Source: Hyalangium minutum
GTDB taxonomy: Bacteria > Myxococcota > Myxococcia > Myxococcales > Myxococcaceae
Reading direction: 5' to 3'
DNA: 64,000 bases
NCBI RefSeq assembly: GCF_000737315.1
Contig: NZ_JMCB01000020.1
Span: 1 to 64,000 of the forward strand
Position 1 is the stretch's first letter. Each line of letters starts with the position of its first letter. Under the pieces are notes generated by a model, which did not search any database, was not told where the DNA came from, and was given only the letters and a program-made list of their open reading frames with translations. This document shows positions 1 through 8,501 of this stretch, one piece after another. The position numbers and the translations under genes are program-made.

Positions 1-439
1 GAACTCCGCGCCCATCGGTCAGCAGACTCCTCTTGGTGCCCGTCTTGGCGCGGTCGGTCGGGTTGGGGCCGGTCTTCTGCCCTCCCAGCGGGGCCTTGGT
101 CATCGCCCCGTCCACGCTCATCCACTGCCAGTCGATGCCCACCAGAGCGTCGTATGCCTCCAACCCCAGGCGCCAGAACTCCAAGAACACTCCGGCCGTC
201 AGCCACTCGCGGAACCTGCGGTAGGCCGAGGACGGGTGGCAGATGCCGGTGGCTTTCAACGCGTGCCACTGCATCCCCGTGCGCAGCACCAGCAGGATGG
301 CTTCCATGGCGGACCGGTCCGGCACTCTCGGGTTATGGCACCCCAGTGGATGCGGCGGCCTGGGCGGCAGCAGGGGCTCTATCTTGGCCCACAGCTCCTC
401 TGGCATCCTTCAGCCGTCATCTCTCTTCGCTATTCCCAC
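1..439 (-). CDS. IS5-family transposase, N-terminal part (DUF4096 plus first DDE Asp); 3'-partial; in-frame TGA at 410-412 before Met 406
   Basis: Own translation: VGIAKRDDG*RMPEELWAKIEPLLPPRPPHPLGCHNPRVPDRSAMEAILLVLRTGMQWHAL...WQWMSVDGAMTKAPLGGQKTGPNPTDRAKTGTKRSLLTDGRGV. Confidence 0.9.
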
Positions 440-506
440 TCGAATCTTCCTCCTTCACCTTGTAACCCATCAGGTAGGGTCTTTTCTTCCCTACCGAGAT
501 AGGCAC
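1..506 (-). mobile_element. IS5-family insertion sequence, 5' part (runs off the window); probable left end at 506 with TTA target at 507-509
   Basis: Transposase frame on - strand. End sequence GTGCCTATCTCGG follows TTA, resembling IS1031-group ends with TWA targets. The host gene resumes immediately at 507. Confidence 0.75.
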
Positions 507-849
507 TAAGGTGGACATTGCGTATCAGACAGCACCCACGCTGCAAGGGCCGCCGTCCCCACGCCGGGGGCTGCCTGCCCTGAAACTCCCCCCGCACATT
601 CGCTCACCCGAGATTCCCTCTTACCTCGGGTGGCTGAACTACTGGTCGGCTGCTGCCGCAAAAGCCATCGGGTTCCCAGACCCGGCCCGAGACGCTGAGC
701 TGCTCTCGCGGGCGCGGCGCACGCCATCGGGCGGGTGGGTTGTGCCGCTCACGGCTGCGCCGCTCGATCTCGACAACCCCGTCCACCTGGACGCGCTGAA
801 GCGGGCCTATGAGCGCTTCCCGGAGATCGGCGGGCGCTCGGCACTGTGA
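507..849 (+). pseudogene. 3' fragment of a DUF5953-family gene interrupted by the IS
   Basis: C-terminal family signature LGWLNYWSAAAAKAIGFPDPARDAELLSRARRT..GGWVV.LT..PLDLDNP.HLDALKRAYERFPEIGGR; the N-terminal half is missing. Confidence 0.75.
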
Positions 850-879
850 CCGGGCAGCTCGGCTGTTAGAGTCTCGCGG

Positions 880-3072
880 ATGCGTGGGGTGGGGGTCCTG
901 TTCGCGTTGCTGCTGTCCACTTCACTCGCTGCGTCCGAGCGGGTGAAGACGGTGCTCGTGTTCGTGCCGGAGGACGGCATGGTGCCGTCCATCGCGGATT
1001 TCACCCGAAGCTTCCATCTGACGATGCTCGGCGAGCGCCAGAAGCCCGTCACCGTCAACATCGAGTACCTGGACATGGGCTGGTTCCAGGGCGCGGACTA
1101 CGATCGAGCCCTGCACGAGTTCTACCGCTCCAAATACCGGGAGCAGCGTCCCGAGGCCCTCGTCGTCTTCGCGGATGCGTGCCCCTTCGTGCTCAAGCTG
1201 CAGCAGGAGCTGTGGCCGCAGGTGCCGCTGCTCGCCGTCCTCAATGACAAGCCGCTGGTGGAGGCCCTGCCCGAGAGTGCCTTCATCCGAGGAAACTGGG
1301 CGGACCTCGACGTCCCGGGGACCGTGAGGATGGCCCTGCGGCTCCTGCCCAGCACCCGCCGCGTCGCCCTTGTCCTGGGCTCCAGCCAGCGAGAGCTCGC
1401 GGCCTGGGACTTCGTTGAGAGCGAGGTCCGAGGGGCCGCGCCGGACCGGGAATTCATTGGGCTGAGGGGGTTGACCCTGGAGCAGTTGCGCCAGCGGGTG
1501 CACACGCTCCCCGAGGACACCGTGGTCATCCTGGTGGGCTTCATGCAGGACGCCCAGGGCCAGAGTCTCGTGGGCCGGGATGTGTTGACGCAGCTGCACG
1601 CGGAGGGAAGCCCCCCCATCTTCAGCGTCCACAAGACGATGCTGGGCAGCGGAATCGTCGGAGGCGCGCTGCTGGACTACGAACTGCTAGGCCAGCAGGC
1701 CGCGAAGCGCACCCTCCAGCTGCTCAAAGGGGCGCCGCTGTCGAGCCTGCCCACCGGCGCCTTCGACACAAACCTGGTCGCCTTCGATGACCGGGAGCTG
1801 CAGCGCTGGCACATTCCCGACAGCCGGTTACCTCCAGGCGGCCGGGTGTTCTTTCGCGAGCCAGGCCTATGGGAGCGCTACCGGTGGCAGGTGACGGTGG
1901 CCGTGGGAGCGGGGCTGTTACAGGCGGTGCTCATCCTGGTGCTGCTGGTGGAGCGGAGGCTGCGCAGGGTGGCGCAGCGGCTGAACGCGGCGGTGCTGGA
2001 CTCGCTGCCGGGCTCGGTGGCCATTCTGGACAGGAATGGGGTGGTGCTCAGAGCCACACCCGCACCGGAGCGGCCCGAGAGCTTGGGCGGACTGCCCGCC
2101 GGAAAGCTGCTGGCGCCAGGGGCCGCGTACCTGGAGGCCTTCCGCGAGGCGGCGCGTTCAGGGCACCCCGAGGTGGAGGGGGTGGCCTCGCTGCTGCAAG
2201 ACGTGCTCGCGGGCCGGGCCAGCGAGGGAGCCCTGGAGTTCCGAGGCTTCGCGCCGGACCGCTGGCTGGAGCTGCGTGCCCGGCGGCTGGATTTGCCCGA
2301 GGGAGGAGCGGTGGCGGCGCTGGTGGACGTGACGGCGCGGCGCAGGGCGGAGCTGGAGGCCCGGCAAGCGCGAGACGAGCGAGCGCACCTGGAGCGAGTG
2401 TCGGCGGTGGGGGAGCTGGGGGTATCCATCGCGCACGAGCTGAACCAGCCGCTGGCGGCCATCCTCACCAATGCGGAGACCGCGCAGCGTCTGTTGCAGC
2501 GCTCACCCACGGACATGGGGCTGCTGCGGGAGATGCTCCAGGACATCATCGCCGACGACAAGCGGGCCGGAGAGGTCATCCGGCACATGCGGGCGCTGCT
2601 GAAGAAGGAAGGTGCGGCGGAGGGCACGCACGATCTCAACGAGCTGGTGGGACAGGTGGTGCGCCTGGTGGGCAATGACGCGCAGCTGCGCGGTGCGGTG
2701 CTCTCGTTGCGGCTGGCGGACACAGCCTTGCGGGTGAGAGGGGACGGGGTTCAACTGCAGCAGGTGGTGCTCAACCTGATCATCAACGCGCTGGATGCGG
2801 TGGGCCCATGCCCGCCCGGGGAACGGCAGGTGTGGGTGCGCACCCAACGGACGGACGGGCACGTGGAGCTGGCCGTGGAGGACACGGGCGTGGGCTTGAG
2901 CCCGGAGGTCCAGAAACGTCTGTTCGAGCCATTCTTCACCACCAAGCCAACGGGGCTGGGCATGGGGCTGTCCATCAGCCGCTCCATCCTTGAGGTGCAT
3001 CAGGGCCGGTTGCAGGCGGAGTCTCGGCCGGGACGCGGCACTGTGTTCCGCTGCTCCCTGCCCGCTGCGTGA
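880..3072 (+). CDS. Membrane sensor histidine kinase (ABC substrate-binding-like periplasmic domain, TM, PAS-like, HisKA, HATPase)
   Basis: Signal/TM at N-terminus, second TM near aa 340-360, H-box SIAHELNQPL, N-box NLIINALDA, G boxes DTGVG, FFTTK, GLGMGL. Confidence 0.93.
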   Translation: MRGVGVLFALLLSTSLAASERVKTVLVFVPEDGMVPSIADFTRSFHLTMLGERQKPVTVNIEYLDMGWFQGADYDRALHEFYRSKYREQRPEALVVFADACPFVLKLQQELWPQVPLLAVLNDKPLVEALPESAFIRGNWADLDVPGTVRMALRLLPSTRRVALVLGSSQRELAAWDFVESEVRGAAPDREFIGLRGLTLEQLRQRVHTLPEDTVVILVGFMQDAQGQSLVGRDVLTQLHAEGSPPIFSVHKTMLGSGIVGGALLDYELLGQQAAKRTLQLLKGAPLSSLPTGAFDTNLVAFDDRELQRWHIPDSRLPPGGRVFFREPGLWERYRWQVTVAVGAGLLQAVLILVLLVERRLRRVAQRLNAAVLDSLPGSVAILDRNGVVLRATPAPERPESLGGLPAGKLLAPGAAYLEAFREAARSGHPEVEGVASLLQDVLAGRASEGALEFRGFAPDRWLELRARRLDLPEGGAVAALVDVTARRRAELEARQARDERAHLERVSAVGELGVSIAHELNQPLAAILTNAETAQRLLQRSPTDMGLLREMLQDIIADDKRAGEVIRHMRALLKKEGAAEGTHDLNELVGQVVRLVGNDAQLRGAVLSLRLADTALRVRGDGVQLQQVVLNLIINALDAVGPCPPGERQVWVRTQRTDGHVELAVEDTGVGLSPEVQKRLFEPFFTTKPTGLGMGLSISRSILEVHQGRLQAESRPGRGTVFRCSLPAA

Positions 3073-4029
3073 TCAGGAGACTGTCACGGGTGTGTACACG
3101 CGCGAGGCGGCACGGCTCAGCCCCAGCAGTCCCACGCCCGCCAGCAGCAAGGGGATGCACAGCCACTGCTCCAGGGTCAGTCCCAGCTGGAGGGGATCGC
3201 CCAGGGAGGGCTCGCGGAAGAAATCCACGCCCAGCCGTAGGACGCCATAGCCCAGGAGAAACACGCCGCTGAGGACTCCCTCCGCCAGCGAGCGCATGCG
3301 CTGCCGCAGCGCGAAGAGCACGCAGAACAGCACGGCGCCCTCCAAGAGCGCGGCATAGAGCGCCCAGGGGTGGCGGGGGTTGAGGATGCGGACCAGCTCG
3401 TTCATCAGATCCGGGTTGATGTGGGCCAAATCCATGATGGCGCCGTGGTGGGCTGGCAGCTCTTCCGCGGCCATCTCGGTGGGCAATGCGGGCGTGAATG
3501 CGGGCAGATGGACCTCGAGCGGAAAGCGCAGGGCCCAGGGGACGGAGGTGGTGCGTCCAAATGCCTCACCCGTCATGAAGTCGGCCAGCCGGCCCAGCAG
3601 CATTCCCAATGGCGCCACCACCGCCAGGTGATCTGTCAGGTTCAGGAAGGACACGTGATGCTTTCGCGCTTGGAACGCGGTGAAGACAATCAAGCCCAGC
3701 AGCCCACCGAAGAACGAGGCCTGATTCACGTTCATCTTCAGCAGGAGCGACAGATCCCCGGAGACGTGGGGCCAGTCATAGAGGAAGGCGTACCCCAGCC
3801 GGCCGCCCGCGAGCACGCCCAGCAGGGCCCCGAAGATGACGAACTCGGGGAGCTCGCGCCGCTGGAGGGCCAGCTGTCCTCGGGCGGAGAAGCGGCGCAG
3901 CAGCCACAGGGCCAAGGCAAAGCTTGCCAGATAGGCCAGCCCATGCCACCGAAAGGTGAACACGTCTTGGCCACCCTCCTGGTAGCGGTAGACGTTGGCG
4001 GGCAGATCGAGAAGAGGGAAGGTGGACAT
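3073..4029 (-). CDS. lgt: Prolipoprotein diacylglyceryl transferase-like protein, divergent at catalytic residues
   Basis: RWHGLAY, GGRLGY, SFFGG, GRLADFMTGEAFGR, RHP, GYGVLRLGVDFFREP follow the Lgt motif order; start chosen at Met 4029. Confidence 0.85.
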   Translation of the reverse strand: MSTFPLLDLPANVYRYQEGGQDVFTFRWHGLAYLASFALALWLLRRFSARGQLALQRRELPEFVIFGALLGVLAGGRLGYAFLYDWPHVSGDLSLLLKMNVNQASFFGGLLGLIVFTAFQARKHHVSFLNLTDHLAVVAPLGMLLGRLADFMTGEAFGRTTSVPWALRFPLEVHLPAFTPALPTEMAAEELPAHHGAIMDLAHINPDLMNELVRILNPRHPWALYAALLEGAVLFCVLFALRQRMRSLAEGVLSGVFLLGYGVLRLGVDFFREPSLGDPLQLGLTLEQWLCIPLLLAGVGLLGLSRAASRVYTPVTVS

Positions 4030-4128
4030 GGCGCGAACCGGGAGGCTGAGGGGAGACACGAACCACGAGGGCGTATGCAAAGTCAGATACGCCCTCGCGG
4101 CTCATTTCACGGCTGGAAGACCAGTGGA

Positions 4129-4512
4129 CTAGTTGAAGTCCGCGGGGTTGATCGACGTGGGTTGCTTACCCACGATCTTCCTGAACTCGAGGACGTAGGC
4201 GCCATTCGAGTCCTTCGAGATTCTCTGGTACCGCAGCCCGTCCAGCTTGCCCTCGTCGACCAGCTTGTTCCAGTCGTTGCCATGCACGCGGATGGTCGCC
4301 ACCGGCGCGCAGCAGTTGTACTTCACGTCCTTGGTGATGACACCCGAGGACCAGGTAATGGTCGCGCAACTCTGCTCGTAGGCGCCCAAGGCCACGGTCG
4401 CGCCGCCCTGGTTGAGGGTCTGGAAGCAAGCGGGCTCAGAGGTCTGGCCCACGGCGGTGCCCTGCATGAGGCAGAGACCCACCACGGCGGCTGCACCAAT
4501 GTACTTTTTCAT
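4129..4512 (-). CDS. Secreted hypothetical protein, 127 aa, Cys-containing
   Basis: Signal peptide MKKYIGAAAVVGLCLMQGTAVG; upstream purine-rich RBS-like sequence. Confidence 0.75.
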   Translation of the reverse strand: MKKYIGAAAVVGLCLMQGTAVGQTSEPACFQTLNQGGATVALGAYEQSCATITWSSGVITKDVKYNCCAPVATIRVHGNDWNKLVDEGKLDGLRYQRISKDSNGAYVLEFRKIVGKQPTSINPADFN

Positions 4513-4566
4513 GTCTTGGTTTCCCTGAGAGGTAGATGAATGAAAGAAGAGATGCTGTGAGAAGGG

Positions 4567-4800
4567 TTACAGCTCCACCGGCTTGGTGGACTCTTTCCCC
4601 TTCACTTCTTGCTGCTTCTCCTTCTCCTCGCTGCCCGGCTTGACGTCGCGCTTCTCGACGGGCAGCGGCTTGGAAGCCTCGGGGGCCTTGGTCTGCGCCG
4701 GAGCCTTGGAGGTATCCTTGGCAGGAGGCGTGGCCGGCTTATCGGCGGCCAAGGCAGACAGGGAGAGGCAGAGCAACGAGGCGCTCAACATTTTCTTCAT
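4567..4800 (-). CDS. Small secreted Lys/Pro/Ala-rich low-complexity protein, 77 aa
   Basis: Signal peptide MKKMLSASLLCLSLSALA; AAGGAG RBS at 4810-4815 (- strand). Confidence 0.75.
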   Translation of the reverse strand: MKKMLSASLLCLSLSALAADKPATPPAKDTSKAPAQTKAPEASKPLPVEKRDVKPGSEEKEKQQEVKGKESTKPVEL

Positions 4801-4866
4801 GCGGTGACGCTCCTTGGGGTTGAGGAGCCCGCGTTCTGCCAGTTCACCCTCTCTTGGGACCAGTTG

Positions 4867-4966
4867 GATCTTTGTTGAATTGACAGGCGAACGCCAAAGT
4901 GCCTTCAGCCGAGTCTCGCGCCATGCCCAGGCACAGTCTGAGTTCACTGTCAATTCAACAAAGATC
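4867..4966. repeat. 100-bp element bounded by a perfect 20-bp inverted repeat GATCTTTGTTGAATTGACAG
   Basis: 4867-4886 is the exact reverse complement of 4947-4966; 60-bp spacer. Confidence 0.95.
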
Positions 4967-5009
4967 TGAATGGGCTTGCTCCGAGGCGCGGCTTATTGAG
5001 TCGCCTCGC

Positions 5010-5336
5010 ATGAGCGACAAGGTCATTCACGTCTCGGAGAAGAATTTCGATGCGGCCGTGCTGGAGCAGGAGGGCCCGGTCCTGGTCGATTTCTGGGCGG
5101 ATTGGTGCGGGCCCTGTCACAGGCTGGCTCCCATCCTGGAAGAGGTCGCCAGCACGTACGCAGGCAGATTGACCATCGCCTTGCTGAACATCGAAGAGAA
5201 CCGCGCCATCGCTCAGGAAGAGGGTGTCCGGCGCATCCCAACGCTGCTGCTGTTCAGGCGGGGGGAAGTGGTCGCGGTCAAAGAGGGCGTACCGTCTCCA
5301 GCGCAGTTGAGCGAGTTCCTGGAGCCCCACCTGTAG
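5010..5336 (+). CDS. trxA: Thioredoxin
   Basis: PVLVDFWADWCGPC active site and IPTLLLF cis-Pro loop; 108 aa; may be a paralogue rather than the main copy. Confidence 0.92.
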   Translation: MSDKVIHVSEKNFDAAVLEQEGPVLVDFWADWCGPCHRLAPILEEVASTYAGRLTIALLNIEENRAIAQEEGVRRIPTLLLFRRGEVVAVKEGVPSPAQLSEFLEPHL

Positions 5337-5356
5337 TCACACAGAGGAGATACACA

Positions 5357-5704
5357 ATGGCAGAGACTGTCTATTTCACGTTCATGCAGCGGCCGGGTCA
5401 GGAGTTCATCTTCGCGTTGACCGACCCTGCGAGGATTCAGCAGGCCCGCGATATCCTGTCTGGGAAGGAGACGATGGCGGTCCATGTCATGGGCCGAATC
5501 GTGAAGCGCCAGGCGCCCTACAACCCCAGGTGGTCTTACCATTTGGATCCCGCCACGATCGCCTTCTTCCCCATGGCCATTGAAGTGTGTGATGCCAACA
5601 TGGGGTACGTCGAGGAGCACCTGGACGAGGCCTGTGGTGCTTTCCTCCCGGGCTGCCACTGGTGTCCGTGGGATTCCAAGCTGGTGAGGGAAGTCACGCC
5701 CTGA
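5357..5704 (+). CDS. BP74-related (calmodulin-binding-like) small protein
   Basis: GAGGAG RBS at 5344-5349; motifs HVMGRIVK, YNPRWSYHLDP, AIEVCDA, WCPW. Confidence 0.6.
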   Translation: MAETVYFTFMQRPGQEFIFALTDPARIQQARDILSGKETMAVHVMGRIVKRQAPYNPRWSYHLDPATIAFFPMAIEVCDANMGYVEEHLDEACGAFLPGCHWCPWDSKLVREVTP

Positions 5705-5742
5705 TCTTTGAAAGACTTGCATCCACGAATCGGGAGCATGAC

Positions 5743-6939
5743 ATGGGAAAGACGACAGGGACTGCGCAGTTCGCCGATGCGCCACCCGGAGATGATTTCT
5801 ACACGCCGCCCAGCCCTCTCTTGGGGACGCACGGTGATGTGATCTGGAGGCGGCCGCTCAGTGGGATTGCCGCGCTGAAGGCGGCGGGCACCAACGAGCT
5901 GGTGCTCTACCGCTCGGACGCGGCCGACGGAGCGCCGATCGCGGTCTCGGGGATCATCGCGCTGCCGAAGACACCGGCACCCGCGGGGGGCTACCCCGTG
6001 GTCAGCTGGGCACACGGAACGCTGGGCCTCGGTGACAAGTGGGCGCCGTCTCGGGACTCGGAGGCCATCGCCGCCGAGCAGCCAGAGCATCACGCCATCA
6101 ACCAGGCCCCCCATGTCCTGCTCAACGCGCTGCTGGAGCAGGGCTTCGCCGTGGTGATGACGGACTTCGAGGGGATGGGGACGCCGGGGTCTCATCCCTA
6201 CCTGCTCGGCGTCTCCGAGGCGCGTGGCGTGCTCGACATCGTGCGCGCCGCGCGGCAGCTGTACCCGGAGATCTCGAACCGGTTCGTGATCGCCGGACAC
6301 TCCCAGGGCGGTCAGGGGGCGCTGTTCGCGGCGCACCTCGCCGCGAGCTGGACACCGGAGCTTCAGTTGCACGGGGTCGCGGCGCTCGCGCCGGCGTCAC
6401 ACGTCACGGACATCCTCCTCGAGGGCAGCCGCTACCCCAAAGAGTTCCCAGGCTTCGCCTTCACTCCGCTCCTGCTGACCGGCGCGATTGTAGGCGCCAA
6501 GGCAAGCGGCCGTCCGATCGACCCGCGGAAGATCCTCACCGACAGGGCGTTTGCGTTGTTCGAGGTCTCCGGCGACAAATGCCGTGTCGAGCTCAGCGAT
6601 GACAAGCTCTGGGGGGGCATCCCCGGCACCGAGCAGTTCCGAGGGAATCTGACCGACGAGCCCAACGAGGATCAGAAGGAGTTCCTGCGTCAGCTCGACC
6701 TCACCAACCCCGCGCTCACCATCCCCTGTCCGATTCGTATCTCGCATGCCCAGCCGGACCCACGCATCGCCATCGCCGACAGCCACAAGCTTGTCGAGGA
6801 GCTGACGGGGCTCCGTAACGACATCACGTATCGAATCTACCGCGAGGTGGCTGACCACTTGGTGGGCCCTCACTTCGGCGTCATCGCCACGGATACGCCC
6901 GCCCTCTCCGCCTGGGTCCGGCTGCAGCTGGGCAGCTGA
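5743..6939 (+). CDS. Secretory-lipase-like (LIP family) alpha/beta hydrolase
   Basis: WAHGTLG oxyanion region, TDFEGMGTPGSHPYL, nucleophile elbow GHSQGG. Confidence 0.88.
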   Translation: MGKTTGTAQFADAPPGDDFYTPPSPLLGTHGDVIWRRPLSGIAALKAAGTNELVLYRSDAADGAPIAVSGIIALPKTPAPAGGYPVVSWAHGTLGLGDKWAPSRDSEAIAAEQPEHHAINQAPHVLLNALLEQGFAVVMTDFEGMGTPGSHPYLLGVSEARGVLDIVRAARQLYPEISNRFVIAGHSQGGQGALFAAHLAASWTPELQLHGVAALAPASHVTDILLEGSRYPKEFPGFAFTPLLLTGAIVGAKASGRPIDPRKILTDRAFALFEVSGDKCRVELSDDKLWGGIPGTEQFRGNLTDEPNEDQKEFLRQLDLTNPALTIPCPIRISHAQPDPRIAIADSHKLVEELTGLRNDITYRIYREVADHLVGPHFGVIATDTPALSAWVRLQLGS

Positions 6940-6941
6940 AC

Positions 6942-8195
6942 TCAGTGCACAGCCCCTTGAGACGGGGCGAGGGGGAGCGTGACGGTGAAGCAAGTCCCGT
7001 TCTGGTACGAGCTCGTGACCGTCACCTTCCCTCCGTGCGCTTCAGCAAAGCCTCTGACCAGGAGCAACCCCAGTCCCCATCCCTTGTGGCCGCTGTCCGT
7101 CGCGGACCTCGAGCGGTGAAATGGCTCGAAGATGGTCTGCAACTCGCCCTCGGGGATCGGGTTGCCTTGATTCTTCACCCGAAGCGCCACGGTGTCCTGG
7201 CTCCGATCGAGCAACACTTCGATGGGAGTCTCCGGTGCTCCGTACTTTGCCGCGTTCGACGCCAGGTTCTCGATGATCCGGCGGAGCCCGTTCGGGTCCG
7301 CGAACATCGGGATCGAGCCTTCCGACTTCAGGACGAAGCGATCCCGATGAACCTCCGCGAGCTCCTGGAGTGTCTCAGCCGTGAGCTCCTGGAGGTCGCA
7401 GGCGCTCTGCTTCAGCGACACCAGCTTTCCTGCTCGGATGGTGCTCGCATCCAGCAAGTCCTGGATCATGCGCTCCGCGCGGTCCAGACTTTGGGAGACG
7501 CGCGTCACCGCCGTCTGGACGGTAGGCAGCTCCGCGTGGCGTCTCCCGAGCAGCTGCAGCTGCAGCTTGGATGACGTCATGGGCGTGCGCAGATCATGGG
7601 TCAGCGCCGCGACGAAGGTCTCCCGGAGACGCTGCTCGGCTTTCAGCTTTTGGATCTGCTCGCGGAGGTGGATCTCCGTCATGATGGAAGCGGTCAGCTC
7701 TTTCATGACCGTGAGATCCTGCTCGGTCCACTCGCGCACCTTGGGTTCGATGGCGCAGAAGGTCCCCAGCACGTGTCCGTCAGGGTTGATCAACGGAAGC
7801 ACGATGATGGCAACGATTCCCCAGGGGCCGGTCGACGGGTGGATTCTCAGGAAGGGGTCGGCCAAAGCGTTCGACGAGATGATCGACTCGCCCTCGAGCG
7901 TGTAGCGGCAAAGAGAGGCATCGATCGGGAGCGTTCGAGTCTCCTTGAACGGCGAGGGGAGGCCGAAATCCGCTTTGAAGAACTGTCTGTCAGCATCCAC
8001 CAGGGAAAAGATGGTCAACGGAACATGCAGGAGCTGGGCTGCCAGGCGCGCCAGCCGATCAAAGGCTTCTTCACGAGGCGTGTCCATCAGCCCCGTGTCC
8101 TGGATCGCCTGCAGACGGTTGGGGTCGACAAGGCGCACGTTGCACGTCTGCGTCCGCTGGGTTGCTACTGGATCGAGTTCGCCCAAGAACTTCAT
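6942..8195 (-). CDS. Cytoplasmic GAF-domain histidine kinase
   Basis: GAF motif LMDTPREEAFDRLARLA; H-box LTHDLRTP; NLASNAAKYG; GWGLGL. Confidence 0.92.
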   Translation of the reverse strand: MKFLGELDPVATQRTQTCNVRLVDPNRLQAIQDTGLMDTPREEAFDRLARLAAQLLHVPLTIFSLVDADRQFFKADFGLPSPFKETRTLPIDASLCRYTLEGESIISSNALADPFLRIHPSTGPWGIVAIIVLPLINPDGHVLGTFCAIEPKVREWTEQDLTVMKELTASIMTEIHLREQIQKLKAEQRLRETFVAALTHDLRTPMTSSKLQLQLLGRRHAELPTVQTAVTRVSQSLDRAERMIQDLLDASTIRAGKLVSLKQSACDLQELTAETLQELAEVHRDRFVLKSEGSIPMFADPNGLRRIIENLASNAAKYGAPETPIEVLLDRSQDTVALRVKNQGNPIPEGELQTIFEPFHRSRSATDSGHKGWGLGLLLVRGFAEAHGGKVTVTSSYQNGTCFTVTLPLAPSQGAVH

Positions 8196-8222
8196 GCTGG
8201 GACCTTAACCGATGGCAGGGGC

Positions 8223-8430
8223 TCACTCAGCAGGTAAGCTGCCAGGCCTCAGCCTCGTTGCCCACTGAACGTGGGGCACCTCTTCGAGGGCTTCACGGGC
8301 TTCGTAGGGGGCACCGAGCGCCGCAAGGCCCGCTCGAAGCTCCGCCTCCAGGGCCGCTGCCGAAGGGTCGTGGTCCTCCGCGTGGCGCTGGAGCAGCTGG
8401 CGGAGGATGGAGCGCAGCGGCTCGGTGATT
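8223..8430 (-). pseudogene. Start-less remnant resembling the C-terminal tail of a myxobacterial Ser/Thr kinase
   Basis: Own translation ITEPLRSILRQLLQRHAEDHDPSAAALEAELRAGLAALGAPYEAREALEEV...*; no in-frame start codon back to the stop at 8508-8510. Confidence 0.5.
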
Positions 8431-8455
8431 GGATCTTTGTTGAATTGACAAGCGA
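8429..8455 (+). repeat. Second direct copy of the 4864-4890 motif
   Basis: TTGGATCTTTGTTGAATTGACA identical at 4864-4885 and 8429-8450, followed by RGCGA in both. Confidence 0.95.
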
Positions 8456-8501
8456 CGGGGCTTGGTAGAGGGCCGGTCCGGCCTGTGATACGGAATACCC
8501 C

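Noticed and set aside
870-4920. GAGTCTCGCG present before the kinase start and inside the 100-bp inverted-repeat element
   Set aside because: A GC-rich 10-mer in different contexts; likely coincidental.
4864-8455. CRISPR or tRNA interpretation of the repeats; CRISPR, tRNA and rRNA in the window generally
   Set aside because: The copies are few, kilobases apart and partly inverted; there are no regularly spaced repeats, cas genes, tRNA cloverleaves with T-loop consensus, or rRNA sequence.
8271-8468. 65-aa + strand ORF upstream of the FixJ-like gene
   Set aside because: Antisense to the kinase remnant, runs through the repeat motif, and has no RBS or recognisable features.
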